Source of the DNA: Desulfobacterales bacterium
GTDB lineage: Bacteria; Desulfobacterota; Desulfobacteria; Desulfobacterales; UBA5616
NCBI GenBank assembly: GCA_046483495.1
Contig: JAWODC010000092.1
Span: forward strand, 32,001 to 96,000
Direction of reading: 5' to 3'
Length of the DNA stretch: 64,000 bases
Under the pieces are notes generated by a model. That model saw only the letters and a list, made by a program, of their open reading frames with translations, was not told the origin of the DNA and did no database searches. Every line of letters starts with the position of its first letter. The first letter of the stretch is position 1. Position numbers and translations under genes: made by a program. Positions 38,800 to 48,514 of the stretch are shown piece by piece.

Positions 38800-39538
38800 A
38801 GATGAGAAGATCACGTTTACGGAACATCTGGAGGAATTAAGAAAACGGTTGATCATATCTTTTATCGCCGTTGGGGTTGGATTCGCCGTATCATATGGAT
38901 TCAAGGAGGACATTTTCAAGATGCTCACCCGACCCCTCATTGCTGTTATGGGAGAGGGTGACAAGCTTATCTTTACCGGTCTTCCCGAAGCATTTTTTAC
39001 CTATTTGAAAGTGGCGCTCCTTTCGGGCCTTATGCTGGCGGCTCCTGTGGTGATTTACCAGTTTTGGATGTTTGTCGCTCCGGGTTTGTATAAGAACGAG
39101 CGGCGTATTTTATTGCCGATTGTCCTGCTGTCCTCCATTTTTTTTATCGGCGGATCGCTGTTCGGGTACTTTATCGTGTTTCCCTTCGGGTTTAAATTCC
39201 TGCTGGGGTTTGCATCCGAAACCATTCGTCCGCTCCCTTCCATGCGTGAATATCTTGGATTTTCAGCCAAGTTGCTGCTTGCATTCGGGGTGGTTTTCGA
39301 ACTGCCCCTGGTCCTGACGTTTTTGGCTCGCTTGGGAGTGGTCACGGTGGATACGTTAAAGAAGAACCGAAAATATGCCGTTCTGCTGTTTTTCATCGGC
39401 TCTGCAATTCTTACGCCGCCGGATGTAGTCACCCAGGTGATGATGTCCCTACCCCTGATGGTGCTTTATGAAATCAGCATTATCGGTGCAAAGTTTTTTG
39501 GAAAGAAACCAACCGATGAAGAGAAGGTCTCGAAATGA
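38792..39538 (+). CDS. tatC: Twin-arginine translocase subunit TatC
   Basis: HLEELRKRL, FVAPGLY, FELP and TPPD motifs. Confidence 0.96.
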   Translation: MDEDEKITFTEHLEELRKRLIISFIAVGVGFAVSYGFKEDIFKMLTRPLIAVMGEGDKLIFTGLPEAFFTYLKVALLSGLMLAAPVVIYQFWMFVAPGLYKNERRILLPIVLLSSIFFIGGSLFGYFIVFPFGFKFLLGFASETIRPLPSMREYLGFSAKLLLAFGVVFELPLVLTFLARLGVVTVDTLKKNRKYAVLLFFIGSAILTPPDVVTQVMMSLPLMVLYEISIIGAKFFGKKPTDEEKVSK

Positions 39539-39835
39539 ATTCAAGCATGAAATCGGGTTCGGGCGGTGCTTGTTTCGGTATGTGTTTCACACGGAACCAT
39601 CGGATCCCGATTGAGTCGATACAGTCGAACCGTGTGTTCTGAGTTGACAGGAACGGCTCCGGACTGATAAAAATCAGTTTAACTTTCTTTCGGTGTTTGT
39701 GGCGAGGTGGTAAGGGCGTTCACCGGCCATGATCCTATCCGCTCTGCCGTCGAAATGAAAGCCGAGAGATGAATGGGCTATTTGACAAGCAATGACGTCG
39801 ATCCATACACAACACGTGGAGAAAGGGGGCGTAGT

Positions 39836-40294
39836 ATGATTCGAAAGTGGGTTATGCTGGTGGTTGTCGCCGGCTTTTTTGCCGCGACGGCAATTTTTGC
39901 AGGAACTTCGGTGCCGGATGTCGTGGAAATGAAAAACCCGGCGTATGAGAAGCACACCCGGGGAATTGCGTCGTTTACCCATAAAAAACATACCGAAACG
40001 TATGGGATCGGCTGCGGGGAGTGTCACCATGACGATAGCGGAGAGCCCCTAACCGATCTGGAGTATGGGGATGAAGTCAAAAACTGCATTGAATGCCACA
40101 GCATCCCCGGTCAACCGCCCAGGGGCAAGGATGCCCCCAAGCTGACCGAGGCACAGAAGCTCGAATACCATGCCGAGGCCATTCACGAAAATTGCAGGGA
40201 CTGCCACAGAAAATATAACAAGGAAAAGGGCTTGAAAAGAAAAGACCCGGGATATGCTCCCACCACTTGCAGTCAATGCCATCCCAAAGAATAG
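39836..40294 (+). CDS. Tetraheme cytochrome c3 (class III)
   Basis: Signal peptide; four CxxCH motifs (CGECH, CIECH, CRDCH, CSQCH); FTHKKH. Confidence 0.92.
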   Translation: MIRKWVMLVVVAGFFAATAIFAGTSVPDVVEMKNPAYEKHTRGIASFTHKKHTETYGIGCGECHHDDSGEPLTDLEYGDEVKNCIECHSIPGQPPRGKDAPKLTEAQKLEYHAEAIHENCRDCHRKYNKEKGLKRKDPGYAPTTCSQCHPKE

Positions 40295-40295
40295 T

Positions 40296-40441
40296 TAGTG
40301 TTCATCCAGAAATAGGCAGTTTCGCGTGAGTTCAAGGCGGGCGCAAGATCGAAACCGCAGGAATCGTGTGCTATTTTGAGGATTTCGATTTTGCGTCCAA
40401 CGCAGAAATCGCGTGAAAGGGCCATTTATGGATGGACACTG
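40296..40441 (-). repeat. ~146-bp palindromic element, subfamily B
   Basis: TIRs TAGTGTTCATCCAGAAAT / ATTTATGGATGGACACTG; near-identical to 48367-48513. Confidence 0.92.
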
Positions 40442-40478
40442 TTAGATAAAACAGGTGAACCGGCATCGGGCAGCGTTT

Positions 40479-41318
40479 TCAGTTTTCCCTGATGCCGGTC
40501 ATTTTGAATCCGACCGCCGCCCATCCTTTTTCATCTTCCAGGAAAATTCTTTCAAACCGTTCCGGCCTGTAAACCGATACAATATCCGCCATTTCTTTAC
40601 ATTTGATGCCTGAAAAGACCAAAAAAGACCCGGGCCATGAAATAGCCGGCAACAGAGGAGCCAGCTGAATAATGCCGGTGAACCGAAGATTGGCGGCAAT
40701 CAGGCAAAAGCGGGTGTCCAGACATTCAGCGGTTTTTTCTCGAACATCGAGGGCGCCGGTTAAATGATTCAGCTCGATGTTATGTCGAGCCTCGGCTACG
40801 GCGTTCGGATCGATGTCGATGCCCAACCCGTTGCAGCCCGTCAGTTTAGCAGCTGCAAGAATCAGAATGCCGGAGCCGGTTCCGACATCCAGGCAGGTGG
40901 GGTACTGAAAGGATGTCCTCAATGCGCATGCGATACGGTCGATGGCCCTGACCGCCAGGCGGGTCGAGGGATGCCGTCCGGTGCCGAAAGCGGCGCCGGT
41001 CATCAGGTTGATAACGACTTCACCGTTGTTCAGCACATAGGTTCTTTCAGGCGGTTTGACGATCACGCGTTTCGACATGCGGACCGGTTTGAGAATCGAC
41101 GGTTCGATAAACGTGCAGCCGTATTCATTCGTATAGGAAAGGGTCTCCTTTTTAACCAATTCATGGATGATTCTTCTGGACTGCTTCCGTGTGATCGAAA
41201 ATCGGCAATGGATTCGGTGTTCCAGGGCGTGGGGCGTAATTTTGCGGTTGGACGATGAAAACATTTCAAGGATTCCGGATTCAAACCCACCGGAATCTTC
41301 ATAGTGCCGATAATTCAT
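40479..41318 (-). CDS. PrmA-like SAM-dependent protein methyltransferase with atypical winged-helix-like N-terminus
   Basis: GAAFGTGRHPST, LDVGTGSGIL, DIDP.AV, AANL and FSGI motifs; start overlaps the dsrN stop. Confidence 0.85.
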   Translation of the reverse strand: MNYRHYEDSGGFESGILEMFSSSNRKITPHALEHRIHCRFSITRKQSRRIIHELVKKETLSYTNEYGCTFIEPSILKPVRMSKRVIVKPPERTYVLNNGEVVINLMTGAAFGTGRHPSTRLAVRAIDRIACALRTSFQYPTCLDVGTGSGILILAAAKLTGCNGLGIDIDPNAVAEARHNIELNHLTGALDVREKTAECLDTRFCLIAANLRFTGIIQLAPLLPAISWPGSFLVFSGIKCKEMADIVSVYRPERFERIFLEDEKGWAAVGFKMTGIREN

Positions 41319-42726
41319 GGGAGGACTTTTTCTTTTTCATAAAAGAAAGGGCATTCGAAACCAGGGAGGATGCCCAAGCGGGCAGGCCCAGAGTGTGAAT
41401 ATGGGTGTATGCGGCAAGGACGTTTTTTATGCATACACCGTCTCTACCGTACAAAAAACCGGCGCCTCGTTGCATGTGAAAAACCAGTTGATCCTCTGTC
41501 CCGAACCATTTCAGGACATTGGAATAATGAAATTCATGTCCCTTAAATACCGTTCCCACTTCCAGGAACGGATTCGGTTTGTCCACGCAGGCAACCGTAT
41601 AGCCCAGTCCCTGAGGCTTTTCGGAAATGCCGAAAACGGCAGGCAGAACGCCGGCCATGGGATACGTCGAATCGTTTATCACAAGCGATTCTCCAAGATA
41701 CATAAGTCCACCGCACTCGGCGTAAACGGGAAGTCCGTTTTTCACCATTGCCTTAAGCCGGCGTTTAAAAGCCGTGCCCGCTGAAAGCTTTTGGGCATGG
41801 GTTTCCGGAAAACCGCCCCCGATGTAAAGTCCATCCACGTCAGGCAGGTTGTCGTCGCTCAGAGGACTGATGAAAATGACAGAAGCGCCTGCTGTTTTCA
41901 GGGCGTCGATATTTTCCGGGTAATAAAACTGAAATGCCGCGTCTTTGAAAATGCCGATGCAGGGCCGCGCTTTTTCGACTTGCAGCGATGGTTCGGCGGT
42001 GCAGCCGGAAATGGCTGCTGTGTGCGGCGGCCGTGCCGAATGCCGTCCGGCGATGTCGACAACAGCGTCCAAATCGATGTGCTGTTCGGCAATCAAGGCT
42101 GTCTTCTCGACAGCTTCTTTCGCCCATTCATGCTCAGGCGTCGGGACCAGCCCCATGTGCCGTTCGGGAAAAATTTTATCCGGAATTTTCGGAACGGCGC
42201 CGATAACGGGAATGCCGCAGTGATGGTTGATTGTCTGGGTCAATATCCGTTCGTGTCGTGATCCGGCAACTCGGTTCAATACAATGCCGCCAAAGGCCAC
42301 GTTCGGGTCGAAGTGCATGAGCCCCAATATCATGGCTGCCATGGTTCGGGTGGTTTTCGTGCAATCAACCGCCAGAATCACCGGGGCTTGCAGCAGCTTG
42401 GCCAATTCAGCGGTGCTGGTTTTGCCGTGCAGGTCGATGCCGTCGAAAAGTCCCCGGTTTCCTTCAATGACGGCGATATCGCCGGGAGACGTGCGGGAAG
42501 AAAAAGACCTCAGAATTAGATCTTGCGATAGGATGAAGGTGTCCAGATTGAAGCACGGCCGACCGGCGGCGTATGCCAGCCAGCCTGCATCAATATAATC
42601 CGGTCCTTTTTTAAACGGAACGATTGAGAAATGTTTCTTTTTCAGGGCCGCGATCAATCCGATCGAAAGGATGGTTTTTCCTGACCCGCCGCCAAGAGCG
42701 GAAACAATGAATCTTCCGTATGTCAT
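41299..42726 (-). CDS. dsrN: Cobyrinate a,c-diamide synthase-like siroheme amidase DsrN
   Basis: GGSGKT, KKGPDYID, IEGNRGLFDG, ERHMGL, AECGG and GHEFHYS motifs; directly downstream of dsrD. Confidence 0.85.
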   Translation of the reverse strand: MTYGRFIVSALGGGSGKTILSIGLIAALKKKHFSIVPFKKGPDYIDAGWLAYAAGRPCFNLDTFILSQDLILRSFSSRTSPGDIAVIEGNRGLFDGIDLHGKTSTAELAKLLQAPVILAVDCTKTTRTMAAMILGLMHFDPNVAFGGIVLNRVAGSRHERILTQTINHHCGIPVIGAVPKIPDKIFPERHMGLVPTPEHEWAKEAVEKTALIAEQHIDLDAVVDIAGRHSARPPHTAAISGCTAEPSLQVEKARPCIGIFKDAAFQFYYPENIDALKTAGASVIFISPLSDDNLPDVDGLYIGGGFPETHAQKLSAGTAFKRRLKAMVKNGLPVYAECGGLMYLGESLVINDSTYPMAGVLPAVFGISEKPQGLGYTVACVDKPNPFLEVGTVFKGHEFHYSNVLKWFGTEDQLVFHMQRGAGFLYGRDGVCIKNVLAAYTHIHTLGLPAWASSLVSNALSFMKKKKSSHELSAL

Positions 42727-42786
42727 ACGCGTCTCGGCATGCGTCGGCAATATTCGGGTGAAGCTGAACCGGCCCTGCGGCGTTGA

Positions 42787-43029
42787 TTACTTCTCTTCGT
42801 GTTCGGCTGCAGCTTGTTTGCCTTTTCCGGAAAGACCGTACATGGAGGTGCTGCCGCTTGACCAATATTCGAGCACACCGTCCTGCACCAGTTGATTGAC
42901 TACTTTTTTGGCGTCCCTGGGTTTGGTTTCCAGGATTTTTGCCAGATCATTGAAATAAAATTTTGATTTCGTTTTAAGCTTCTTTGTCAGTTCGGTAACG
43001 ATTTTTTCTTTCGCCTCTTCGTATTCCAT
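42787..43029 (-). CDS. dsrD: Dissimilatory sulfite reductase-associated protein DsrD
   Basis: KSKFYFND and LEYWSSGSTSMYGL motifs. Confidence 0.96.
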   Translation of the reverse strand: MEYEEAKEKIVTELTKKLKTKSKFYFNDLAKILETKPRDAKKVVNQLVQDGVLEYWSSGSTSMYGLSGKGKQAAAEHEEK

Positions 43030-43052
43030 ATTGCGCCCCTTTTTTTATAGAT

Positions 43053-43079
43053 GCCGGTGGACGCGGTGCGTCCACCGGC
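43053..43079. other. Perfect 12-bp GC-rich hairpin between dsrB and dsrD
   Basis: GCCGGTGGACGC-GGT-GCGTCCACCGGC. Confidence 0.7.
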
Positions 43080-43097
43080 TTGTGCAAAAAAATTAAA

Positions 43098-44243
43098 TTA
43101 GAATTTGAATTGGGATGTTTGGCGCCAGGTATAGTATGCCGGATCACGGAAATCGTCGATCAGGTGGTGCGTAAAATCCAGTTCGCATGTTTGGAAGAAT
43201 CTTTCCCATCCGATTCTTTCCGCCCAATCCCCCAGCCTCTCGTATTTCCTGCCGTCGGCGGCATAGGCGTCTACGATCCGCTTGATGGTATCGGTCATGG
43301 TCGGCCAGCGCGGCATCTCATTTGGAATAAACGCCACGACAACCTTTGAGAATTTGGGGGTAGTGATTCGGTTGGATACTTTTCCGCCAACCATCAGAAC
43401 GATGCCGTCGCCTTCCCTGTCCGAAAGCGGCATCGAGGGGCACATGGTGTAGCAGTTTCCGCAGAACATGCATCGGTCATTATTGACTGCCACGCTCTTT
43501 ACCTCTTTATCACCAACCTTCACCTTGGCCGGTTTAATGGCGGCGGTGGGGCAGGCGGCAATGGCCAGCGGAATTTCACACATTTTGTCCAGGTATTCAT
43601 GGTCCAGCATGGGCGGCTTCCGGTGATACCCCAGAATAGCGATGTCGGAGCAATGAACCGCGCCGCACATGTTCAGACAGCAGGCCATGGATACGCGAAC
43701 GGGTGCCGGCATTCTGTGGTTTTTGAAATCATCGAACAGTACGTCCAATGTCGCTTTTACCGTACCCGAGGCGTCTGTTGCCGGGGTGTGGCAGTGAATC
43801 CAGCCCTGGGTGTGCACGATGTTGCTTATTCCGGCACCGGTTCCACCGATCGGAAATTTGAAGCTGCCCCCGTCGAATTTTCGGCTTTCCAGATCTTTGA
43901 CCAACGGATCCAACTTCTCCTTACTGTCCACCATAAACTCGATATTGTTACGGGTGGTGAAGCGCATGTGGCCGCCGCAGTGCTTTTCGGCGATTTCGCA
44001 GATCTCACGGATCATGGTGGTGCTCATGATGCGGGCGCCGCCGCAGCGAACCGTATACACTTCATCACCGGTTTCGGAAACATGAACCAGAACGCCGGGC
44101 TTTAGAATTTCATGGTACAGCCATTTACCCTTGTTTTTGGCGATGACCGGAGGGTAAAACGCGTCGTATTTTTTCGGGCCGATATCGGTGATCCGGTTTT
44201 CCATGGGTTTGTCCGGATTGTAACCTGAAGAAATAAATGCCAT
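43098..44243 (-). CDS. dsrB: Dissimilatory sulfite reductase beta subunit
   Basis: [32 protein letters not shown] and CMFCGNC motifs. Confidence 0.98.
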   Translation of the reverse strand: MAFISSGYNPDKPMENRITDIGPKKYDAFYPPVIAKNKGKWLYHEILKPGVLVHVSETGDEVYTVRCGGARIMSTTMIREICEIAEKHCGGHMRFTTRNNIEFMVDSKEKLDPLVKDLESRKFDGGSFKFPIGGTGAGISNIVHTQGWIHCHTPATDASGTVKATLDVLFDDFKNHRMPAPVRVSMACCLNMCGAVHCSDIAILGYHRKPPMLDHEYLDKMCEIPLAIAACPTAAIKPAKVKVGDKEVKSVAVNNDRCMFCGNCYTMCPSMPLSDREGDGIVLMVGGKVSNRITTPKFSKVVVAFIPNEMPRWPTMTDTIKRIVDAYAADGRKYERLGDWAERIGWERFFQTCELDFTHHLIDDFRDPAYYTWRQTSQFKF

Positions 44244-44256
44244 GATTATCCCCCTC

Positions 44257-45573
44257 CTATCTCTGATGGTGTTTTCTATATTCGTTGATGTCGCGTTCCC
44301 AGCCGCCTTCGACTTCGTCTTCCTTCCAGAAGATGTACGGATTGTGACGGGGTTCCTGCACCATTTGCGGCACCGGATCCACACCCATCATCTCGAGCAG
44401 CTTCTGCAGACCCTGGCGTTTCATCAGTTCGCCGAGACGTTCACGGTTTTTGCCTTCTTCCATCCACCAATCCCAGATGGGTTCGATGACATTTTCCTTG
44501 ATTTCCGTATAGGGCTCTTCGACTTTTATGAACGGGACGATCAATGATCCCATCTGGGCACCGTCCAGAATCGGGGCCTTGGCGCCGGCGAAAATGGAGA
44601 CGCCGCGGTCATTTCCAATTCTCAGGGCCCTGGGCATGACGTTGATGCAGTGCATGCAGCGTGTGCATTCCTTGTTGTCGATGACGAGTTTTCCGTTTTC
44701 CATCGCCATGCATTGGGTGGGGCATAAGGCGATGACTTCTTTCTGAATATCGAAGGGACCCCAGTCGCGGCCTGAATGGGCGCCGGCATTGGGAGGCAAT
44801 TCGCCGCCGATATAGGCCTGAACCGCTTCCTGGTCAATCCGGATTTCATCTCTCCAGGTGCCGATGAAGGACAAGTCGGCGCGGGCGATGGATGCTACGC
44901 AGCAGTTGGGGCAGCCGTCGAACTTGAATTTGAACTTGTAGGGGAAGGCCGGCCGGTGAAGCTCGTCCTGGTACTCCTGGGTCAGGTCATAGCAGATCGC
45001 CTGGGTGTCGTAGCAGGAAAATTCACAGCGTGAATCGCCGATGCAGTCCGCGGGGGTTCTGAGGTTCGAACCCGATCCGCCAAGGTCCTGCCCCAAATTG
45101 TGCGTCAGTTCGAAGAAGACTTCCTCCAGTTGCGGCGTTGTCGTTCCAAGAAAAATGATATCGCCTGTCGATCCATGCATATTGGTGATGCCGCTTCCTC
45201 TCAAGTCCCACAAATCACAAATCTTTTTTAAGTATTCAGACGTATAATATTTACCGCCGGGTTGTGCCACACGCATGGTATGAAAGTGGGCGACACCCGG
45301 GAATTGCTGGGGCTGGTCGCAGTAGCGGCCGATAACGCCGCCGCCATAACCGAACACGCCGACGATGCCGCCGTGCTTCCAGTGGGTGGTGCCGTCGGAG
45401 TAAGACAATTCGAGAATGCCCAAGAGATCTTCCACGACATCTGCGGGAATTTGAAATTCAATGCCTTCTTCATTCTTCGCCCTTTTTTCCGCCTGTTGTT
45501 TCAGGTCTGAAACAAAACTCGGCCATGGCCCAGACTCGAGCTGGTCCAACAAAGGGGTTTTATGCTTTGCCAT
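44257..45573 (-). CDS. dsrA: Dissimilatory sulfite reductase alpha subunit
   Basis: [24 protein letters not shown]...GCPNCC siroheme motif, CTRCMHC. Confidence 0.98.
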   Translation of the reverse strand: MAKHKTPLLDQLESGPWPSFVSDLKQQAEKRAKNEEGIEFQIPADVVEDLLGILELSYSDGTTHWKHGGIVGVFGYGGGVIGRYCDQPQQFPGVAHFHTMRVAQPGGKYYTSEYLKKICDLWDLRGSGITNMHGSTGDIIFLGTTTPQLEEVFFELTHNLGQDLGGSGSNLRTPADCIGDSRCEFSCYDTQAICYDLTQEYQDELHRPAFPYKFKFKFDGCPNCCVASIARADLSFIGTWRDEIRIDQEAVQAYIGGELPPNAGAHSGRDWGPFDIQKEVIALCPTQCMAMENGKLVIDNKECTRCMHCINVMPRALRIGNDRGVSIFAGAKAPILDGAQMGSLIVPFIKVEEPYTEIKENVIEPIWDWWMEEGKNRERLGELMKRQGLQKLLEMMGVDPVPQMVQEPRHNPYIFWKEDEVEGGWERDINEYRKHHQR

Positions 45574-45740
45574 ATTTTACCTCCATATTCGTTTGTTTTG
45601 CTGTTTCTCCGTTAGTTCGCACAACTCAAAATCTACAAGTGGTAACATTCACCTCCTCTCACCGTATTTTAATTAGATAATTTTAAATATTAAAATGGAG
45701 CCTTTTCAAAGCTTGAAGACATTAAACACACAAAAAAAAG

Positions 45741-45769
45741 AATATAAAATGATTATTATATCTTGTCAA
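45741..45769 (-). promoter_or_regulatory. Sigma70 promoter of the dsr operon
   Basis: Minus strand TTGACA-17 nt-TATATT. Confidence 0.75.
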
Positions 45770-45848
45770 TAAAAAACCAGGCATTCATGCATCGAACCGG
45801 CAGGAACGAACGGCAAATTTCGACACGTGCGCCGGAAAACGTGCTGCT

Positions 45849-46400
45849 TTATTTTTGCAGCAATGTCCGGTTCTTCTGCGGCGGATTCAGAGCAAGTTCT
45901 TTAAATCCCAATTCCCTGCATACGGCAATGGTCGTGCTGAAATTCTCACGGCTGACGTGGCCTTTCGGCTCTGCAATGAACAGTGTGCCGCCGGGTTTCA
46001 ATGCATCGGCAATCTGTCTGAAAAAATGCACCCGGTCGGGAACTTCATGCACCATGTGAATGGCGGCCACCAAATCGACCGTCCCATATACATCTTCCAA
46101 ACCCATGTGGCCCTGTTTTGCGACCCTCAAGTCCATTCGGCTTAAAAGCCCGGCCTTTCGAGCTCTTTTTCGTAATGTGGAAATCATCTTATCCTGAACA
46201 TCGACAGCTATGATTTTTCCCAAAGGCCCCGTCATGCGGGCCAGGGGAAGGGTAAAAAATCCCATCCCGCATCCCGGCTCAAGAATCAGCATGCCTTTTT
46301 CGACAAAAGGTCCCAGCAGCTTATCCGGATGCTCGAACAATTTTCTTAAAGGGTTCAACAGAACATATCCCATCCAGAAGGGGCAGACAAACGGTTGCAT
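45849..46400 (-). CDS. Class I SAM-dependent methyltransferase
   Basis: CPFW..L.NPLR, LEPGCGMG, AVDVQ and LKPGG motifs. Confidence 0.88.
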   Translation of the reverse strand: MQPFVCPFWMGYVLLNPLRKLFEHPDKLLGPFVEKGMLILEPGCGMGFFTLPLARMTGPLGKIIAVDVQDKMISTLRKRARKAGLLSRMDLRVAKQGHMGLEDVYGTVDLVAAIHMVHEVPDRVHFFRQIADALKPGGTLFIAEPKGHVSRENFSTTIAVCRELGFKELALNPPQKNRTLLQK

Positions 46401-46726
46401 AAAGCGGCTCCTCTAAAGCGCAAAGGCATATCCATTCCTGTGTGTGTTCATGTTACTACAACAGGCTTTGATTTTTTACAAGCAGTCGTATTGATATGTT
46501 AATTTAGCTTTTAATATTTGACTTTGCGGCCGCCTTTTGTCATAAAACCTTACATTTTAAAGAATTGATTTCGATACCCCGAAATCCGATTCGAGAGCCG
46601 TGCACGGATGCGAAAACCCTCCCCAATGCCGGGGATTTTAAAGCCGTGTGCCGTTTTTCCCGGGCGACGTTTTTCATACGCTGCTGCATTCATCGCCCCC
46701 ACAGATCCTAAATCCAGGGAGGTCCT

Positions 46727-47497
46727 ATGCAACATAAAATTTTTGACGGTTTCGATGCGGCCGTGGCCGACATCGAAGACGGTGCATCCATTGTAGTAGA
46801 GTGCTGGGGGACCACAGCGCTTTCCCAGAATCTCATTGCGGCCATCAAACGAAAAGGGGTAAAAGACCTGACATTGATCACGCATAATTTCATTCCAATG
46901 GTCTTTTTTTCCGAGGATGAAGTGGTGAATCTAACCCATCTCCTTCCTCAGCTGAAGAAAATCATTACGCCGGTAGTGGGCCTGCAGCATCTTGGCGCCG
47001 GTGCTTTTGTAAAGGAATACGTGGATAAGGGGCTGGAAGTGGAACTGACCAGTCATGGAACACTGGCGTCCCGGCTGTATGCCGGCGCTGCGGGACTCGG
47101 CGGGATCTACAACCCGGTGGGCGTTGGAACGATTCTGGAAGAGGGCAAGGAAAAACGGGTAATCGATGGGAAAGAATATATTCTGGAGATGCCCATAAGG
47201 CCGGATTATGCATTTGTTCGGGCACACAAGGCGGACACCTATGGAAACCTCGTTTATTGGGGTGTTTACCGGGCCGACCAGCCGGTGATGGCAATGGCCG
47301 CGAAAAAAACAATCGCCGAAGTGGATGAAATCGTCGAAATCGGTGAAATCGATCCGGAGCATGTCGTCACGCCGAGTATTTTCGTGGACCGCATCGTGAA
47401 AATTCCCGAAGGGGGGTTGGGGAGCAATACCCGGGCAAAAGCGTTGATCGGCAAGTTGACTGAAAATGAGATGGTGCGGCAGTTGCTCTTCAGATGA
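46727..47497 (+). CDS. Family I CoA-transferase-like alpha subunit (divergent)
   Basis: GTLA.R..AG.AG, ADTYGNL, MAMAA and PEHVVTPSIFVD motifs. Confidence 0.88.
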   Translation: MQHKIFDGFDAAVADIEDGASIVVECWGTTALSQNLIAAIKRKGVKDLTLITHNFIPMVFFSEDEVVNLTHLLPQLKKIITPVVGLQHLGAGAFVKEYVDKGLEVELTSHGTLASRLYAGAAGLGGIYNPVGVGTILEEGKEKRVIDGKEYILEMPIRPDYAFVRAHKADTYGNLVYWGVYRADQPVMAMAAKKTIAEVDEIVEIGEIDPEHVVTPSIFVDRIVKIPEGGLGSNTRAKALIGKLTENEMVRQLLFR

Positions 47498-47539
47498 TGG
47501 TCCTGCCGGCAAAGCAAAATGGAATGGAGGTCAAGGAAG

Positions 47540-48208
47540 ATGAAAGAAAAACTTGACAGGGAAGTTATTGCCATGAGAGCGGCCAAAGAGTTGAAGACGG
47601 GGGATTGCGTCAATCTCGGCATCGGTATTCCCAACCTGTGCGCACATTATATTCCGGAGGGTGTTCTCTTTCAAACCCAGAACGGCGCTCTGGGGTACGG
47701 CGCCTTGATACGGGAAGATGAAATCGATCGGGTGGATCACCACTATGTGGATGCCGGCGGCAAATATTGGCGTCCGGCACCGGGCATGGCGCTGTTCGAC
47801 CTGGTGACGTCCTTTGCCATGATCCGGAGCGGTCGTTTGACGACGATTTTAGGGGGGCTTCAGGTGTCGGAATCCGGTGATCTGGCGAACTGGAATACCG
47901 GCGGCGGTTCATTGGGCGGCACTATCGGCGGAGGCATGGACCTTGCCGTGGGAGCAAAAAAGGTGATTGTGGCCCTCGAACATGTCGACAAAGACGGCAG
48001 ACCGAAAATCGTAAAAAAATGCAGCTATCCATTGACGGCTAAAAACTGCGTCGATACGATCGTCACCGATGCAGCGGTTATCGAAGTCGGAAAAGAGGGA
48101 TTGGTTCTCAGGGAAACGGCCCCGGGTTGGACCGCCGAAGACGTGCAGGCCATCACCGAACCCGAACTGATCATTGCGGAGGATGTAAAGGAGATGGACC
48201 TGGAATAA
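47540..48208 (+). CDS. Family I CoA-transferase-like beta subunit (catalytic Glu replaced by Gln)
   Basis: VNLGIGIP, GDLANW, GGGMDL and CSYPLT motifs; TQNG in place of SENG. Confidence 0.88.
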   Translation: MKEKLDREVIAMRAAKELKTGDCVNLGIGIPNLCAHYIPEGVLFQTQNGALGYGALIREDEIDRVDHHYVDAGGKYWRPAPGMALFDLVTSFAMIRSGRLTTILGGLQVSESGDLANWNTGGGSLGGTIGGGMDLAVGAKKVIVALEHVDKDGRPKIVKKCSYPLTAKNCVDTIVTDAAVIEVGKEGLVLRETAPGWTAEDVQAITEPELIIAEDVKEMDLE

Positions 48209-48366
48209 TGGAGAGGGTTTTTCGAATGCCGCGATTCACCGGATCGATTCACCGGATAAAGACACCGGTAGACGAACCCCCTTTATTCCATTCCGGATTC
48301 ACCTTTAAAAACAATGACCGGGCAGGCTTGCGTTTGGTTGCAGGCACCTGCCCGATGATCTTCAAT

Positions 48367-48513
48367 TTGTGTTCATCCAGAAATAGGCAATTTCGCGTGA
48401 GTTCAAGGCGGGCGCAAGATCGAAACCGCAGGAATCGTGTGCTATTTTGAGGATTTCGATTTTGCGTCCAACGCAGAAATCGCGTGAAAGGGCCATTTAT
48501 GGTTGGGGCACCA
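48367..48513 (-). repeat. ~146-bp palindromic element, subfamily B
   Basis: Near-identical to 40296-40441. Confidence 0.92.
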
Positions 48514-48514
48514 A

